Below, piece after piece: positions 29,057 to 32,000 of a stretch of DNA of 32,000 bases (position 1 is the first letter of the stretch; each line of letters starts with the position of its first letter). The position numbers and the translations under genes were made by a program. The notes under the pieces were generated by a model. That model made no database searches, was not told the origin of the DNA, and worked only from the letters and a program-made list of their open reading frames with translations. The stretch comes from an uncultured archaeon (GTDB lineage Archaea; Asgardarchaeota; Jordiarchaeia; Jordiarchaeales; Jordiarchaeaceae), in contig CAZECW010000188.1 in the NCBI GenBank assembly GCA_964510585.1, positions 937 to 32,936 on the forward strand, given 5' to 3'.

Positions 29057-31390
29057 ATGATAGGCGTCTTCATTTGTGAGTGTGGTGGAAACATCGGAGA
29101 CGTAGTTGACGTCAACGCTGTAAAGGAAGCCATCCAAAAGATTCCCGATGTTAAAACCGTGAGAATCAATCGTTTCCTATGCTCCAAACTGGGCCTAAAA
29201 ATGATAGTAGACTCTGTCAAAAAACAGAACCTAGACCGGGTGGTGGTTGCGTCGTGTTCCCCACATATGCATGAAGAAACCTTTAGAGAAACAGTGGTTG
29301 AAGCGGGACTAAACCCCTACATGTTTGTACACACAAATATTCGGGAGCAGGACTCCTGGGTCACGAAGGATAAAAGGAAGGCTACAGAAAAGGCCATAGC
29401 CATAATATCAGGTGCGGTGGGCAGAGCAAGGAAATTGGAGCCCCTCCAAAAAACTAGAGTAGAAATCTCCAAGGATGTTATGGTTATCGGCGGCGGAATA
29501 GCGGGAATAACAGCGGCACTACAGTTGGCGAACTCCGGATACCACGTTATAATGGTGGAAAAAAAACCCAGCATAGGAGGCAGGATGGCTCAGCTAAGCA
29601 AGGTTTTTCCCACCCTAGACTGTGCACCCTGCATCCTCAGTCCAAGAATGGCAGACGTGGACAAAAACCCAAACATAACACTACTAACCAGCTCAGAGGT
29701 GGAAAAGGTATCCGGTGGACCGGGAAACTATGAGGTGAAGGTTAGGATTAAGCCCCGAGGAGTGGACGTTGAGAAGTGTTTAAGGTGTGGCAAGTGTGAG
29801 AAGGTCTGCGAAGTGGAGGTTCCAGACGAGTATGAGGCGGGACTATACACCCGCAAAGCAATATACTTGCCATTCGCACAAGCTGTTCCCGCCGCTTACG
29901 CCATCGACTTTGAAAACTGTAGAAAATGCGGAACCTGCCAAAAAGAGTGCCCCGCCGAAGCCATAAACATCAACCAGGAGGAGAGAGTGGAGACCTTCAA
30001 TGTGGGGGCAATAATAGTTACTACTGGCTACGACCTCCTAGATAAGGGTGAGATAGAGAGATACAAGGTTGACAAGGAATCCACCATAACTTCGCTCCAG
30101 CTAGAGAGACTTATAGAGAATGAATTGGCAGCAGGGGAAGTTCTTAAAAATTCCAAGGGTAAACGCATAAAAGATGTGGCATTCATTTTGTGTGTAGGCT
30201 CCAGGAATCCACATAAGGGGGTTTCCTACTGCAGCAAGGTCTGCTGTCCCTACGCGGTTAAGGAAGCGATACTGCTGAAGAAGACTTTGCCCTATCTCCG
30301 CATATGGATTTACTACATTGACTTGAGGATGGCTGGCCGGGGATACGAGGAACTCTACAGGCAGGCGCGGGAAATGAACATAAACTTCATACACGGAAAG
30401 CCCGCAGAAGTGAGTGTAGATCCAGACTCTGGAAGGCTTCAGATTGTATCTGAAGATATTGACACGGGCCAAATAATAAGGAACTCTTTGGATCTCATTG
30501 TTTTATGCCCAGCAATGATTCCTTCAAGCGACCTGGCAGAATTGGCGGGTAAACTCAACATATCCACGGGTGAGGACGGCTTTATCGCAGAAAAACACAT
30601 TAAACTTAATCCAGTATCCACCCTGAGGGAAGGCATATATGCTGCGGGAACAGCCCTTGGCCCCAAGGATATCAGAGAATCCGTGGTAGACGCCAGATCC
30701 ACTGCAGCCCAAGCAATAGAATTCTTGGGAGAAGGATACAAGGACATTTCACCAATAAAAGCTAGACTGGTAGGTGAATGCCGAGGTGTGGGGGAGTGTG
30801 TGAGAGTATGTCCTCATAATGCCATAACATTAAACGAAAAGACGGGTAAAGCGGAGATAAACATATTGGCCTGTAATGGTTGTGGAGCCTGCGTCCCCGC
30901 GTGTCCTAATAATGCTTTACAATTGGCTCATTACACAAAGGAGCAAATATTGGAGGAAGTAAAGGGACTTCTATCTGTGCCCACAGAGGATATTAGGATA
31001 ATTGGATTCTTTGGGGACTCTACTGCTTACCCTGCGGCAGATGCTGCCGGCGTCTCGCGGCTAAACTATCCTCCGAACCTGCTGATTGTAAGAGTGCCAT
31101 CCACCGCGCTTATAGATACAGATACGTTGATAAAAACTTTGGAGATGGGTGCAGATGGAATTATGCTTTGTGAAAATGGAGACACCAAGGAGGGAGAGTT
31201 AACAGAGGAGAACGTTAAGAAAACCCAGGCGGAGCTCGAGAGAAGGGGGATAGAAAAGGAGAGAGTGTTTTACCAGCCCCTAGCAATTCCGGCGTACAAG
31301 TCTTTGCCCTACTTGGTGGAAACATACCTCTCAAGGATTAAAAAAATTGGGAAAGTAGGTGCCAAAACTATGCCCCTCTCTAAAGGCTAG
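29057..31390 (+). CDS. hdrA: Full-length HdrA fused to a degenerate MvhD-like domain (QmoB-like architecture)
   Basis: ICECG..ASCSP..NIREQ, IGGGIAG, LDCAPC, inserted ferredoxin, YCSKVCC and a C-terminal ferredoxin. The last ~130 aa are MvhD-like (YPAADAAGVSRLNYPPN, MGADG) without the Cys ligands. Confidence 0.92.
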   Translation: MIGVFICECGGNIGDVVDVNAVKEAIQKIPDVKTVRINRFLCSKLGLKMIVDSVKKQNLDRVVVASCSPHMHEETFRETVVEAGLNPYMFVHTNIREQDSWVTKDKRKATEKAIAIISGAVGRARKLEPLQKTRVEISKDVMVIGGGIAGITAALQLANSGYHVIMVEKKPSIGGRMAQLSKVFPTLDCAPCILSPRMADVDKNPNITLLTSSEVEKVSGGPGNYEVKVRIKPRGVDVEKCLRCGKCEKVCEVEVPDEYEAGLYTRKAIYLPFAQAVPAAYAIDFENCRKCGTCQKECPAEAININQEERVETFNVGAIIVTTGYDLLDKGEIERYKVDKESTITSLQLERLIENELAAGEVLKNSKGKRIKDVAFILCVGSRNPHKGVSYCSKVCCPYAVKEAILLKKTLPYLRIWIYYIDLRMAGRGYEELYRQAREMNINFIHGKPAEVSVDPDSGRLQIVSEDIDTGQIIRNSLDLIVLCPAMIPSSDLAELAGKLNISTGEDGFIAEKHIKLNPVSTLREGIYAAGTALGPKDIRESVVDARSTAAQAIEFLGEGYKDISPIKARLVGECRGVGECVRVCPHNAITLNEKTGKAEINILACNGCGACVPACPNNALQLAHYTKEQILEEVKGLLSVPTEDIRIIGFFGDSTAYPAADAAGVSRLNYPPNLLIVRVPSTALIDTDTLIKTLEMGADGIMLCENGDTKEGELTEENVKKTQAELERRGIEKERVFYQPLAIPAYKSLPYLVETYLSRIKKIGKVGAKTMPLSKG

Positions 31391-31464
31391 TCCCACATAA
31401 CGCAAAAATCTACATAAGTTTTTCGTCAACCCTAGGGTTATTAGGATGCTATTGCAGGGATTTT

Positions 31465-31845
31465 TTATATTGGTTCAAAGGCATTTATTTTCTCTAGATA
31501 GTCCAGCATTTTGAGGTATAGCCTATCTCTTTTTTGGAGAATTTCTTCTTCGCTCCGTCCGCCATAATCGTAGAATCCTTTAGATGTCTTAGCTCCAAGG
31601 TGCCCTTTTTTCACCTTTTCCTCAAATATGGGGTGGGTTACCCCGTAACTCTTCATTATGTCAAGCACCAAATCTAATCCGGTAAAGTCATAAGTTTGAA
31701 CTACTCCCACTATGGGAAGTCTGATTCCTAGACTGCTCTTCACCGCTAGGTCAATTTCCTTAGGGGTGGCCCAGCCCTTCTCCAAAATCTCTAAAACTGC
31801 AAGGGAGATCTGGTTTTGGATGCGGTTTACGATAAAGGAGCGCAC
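31465..31845 (-). pseudogene. 3-hydroxyacyl-CoA dehydrogenase C-terminal domain only (5'-truncated gene or stand-alone domain)
   Basis: FIVNRI, GWATPKEIDLAVKSSLG, DFTGLD and GHLGAKTSKGFYDY. No NAD-binding domain precedes it; a different gene ends at 31875. Confidence 0.6.
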
Positions 31846-31874
31846 AAATTCCCTTAATACTATAGACTTTCTCT

Positions 31875-32000
31875 TTAATTTTTTCCTTTTGATATGGCTT
31901 CGAGCATGTTTCTGACTTTTTGGAGGATGTTTGGTCTCACCTGTCCGTCGAACTTGGTTATTGTTTCAGCCAGCTCTTTCCCGCTTTTGAAGTAGATGTA
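31875..32000 (-). CDS. 3' end of a gene running off the window (unknown product)
   Basis: The minus-strand frame is open from 32000 (YIYFKSGKELAETITKFDGQVRPNILQKVRNMLEAISKGKN) to TAA at 31877-31875. Confidence 0.5.
   Translation of the reverse strand, partial: YIYFKSGKELAETITKFDGQVRPNILQKVRNMLEAISKGKN

Noticed and set aside
10135-31390. Selenocysteine recoding in HdrA or MvhD, as in some Asgard archaea and methanogens
   Set aside because: The DCxxC and MvhD ligand positions are Cys codons inside uninterrupted ORFs; no in-frame TGA is needed.

Overview
Archaeal window, most likely from an Asgard archaeon (inferred from two Rab-like small GTPases plus a longin-type protein; the lineage cannot be fixed from sequence alone). 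Three blocks. (1) 0.4-5.3 kb: a compact archaeal riboflavin operon, ribB-ribC-ribH-gch3-amidohydrolase-arfC-arfB. The amidohydrolase is a good candidate for the pyrimidine deaminase step. (2) 5.4-9.7 kb: a tandem Rab-like GTPase pair (one canonical, one with degenerate G2/G3 motifs), a hypothetical gene, DUF99, a longin-like gene and a GNAT. (3) 10.1-31.4 kb: a very large heterodisulfide reductase-like cluster with 4 hdrC, 4 hdrB, 6 hdrA-type genes (7 FAD modules), 3 mvhD and one cysteine-depleted fused MvhD domain. No MvhAG or FdhAB partner lies in the window, and an RsmB/NOP2-NIP7 pair interrupts the cluster. The most striking candidate system is regulatory: an MvhD [2Fe-2S] domain fused to a winged-helix module, a stand-alone paralogue of that module in the same cluster, and a perfect 16-bp palindrome directly upstream of the cluster's BRE/TATA. 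The HdrA genes form a fission/fusion series of asymmetric, motif-complementary halves. All calls come from motif reading and recalled family knowledge; no searches were run.
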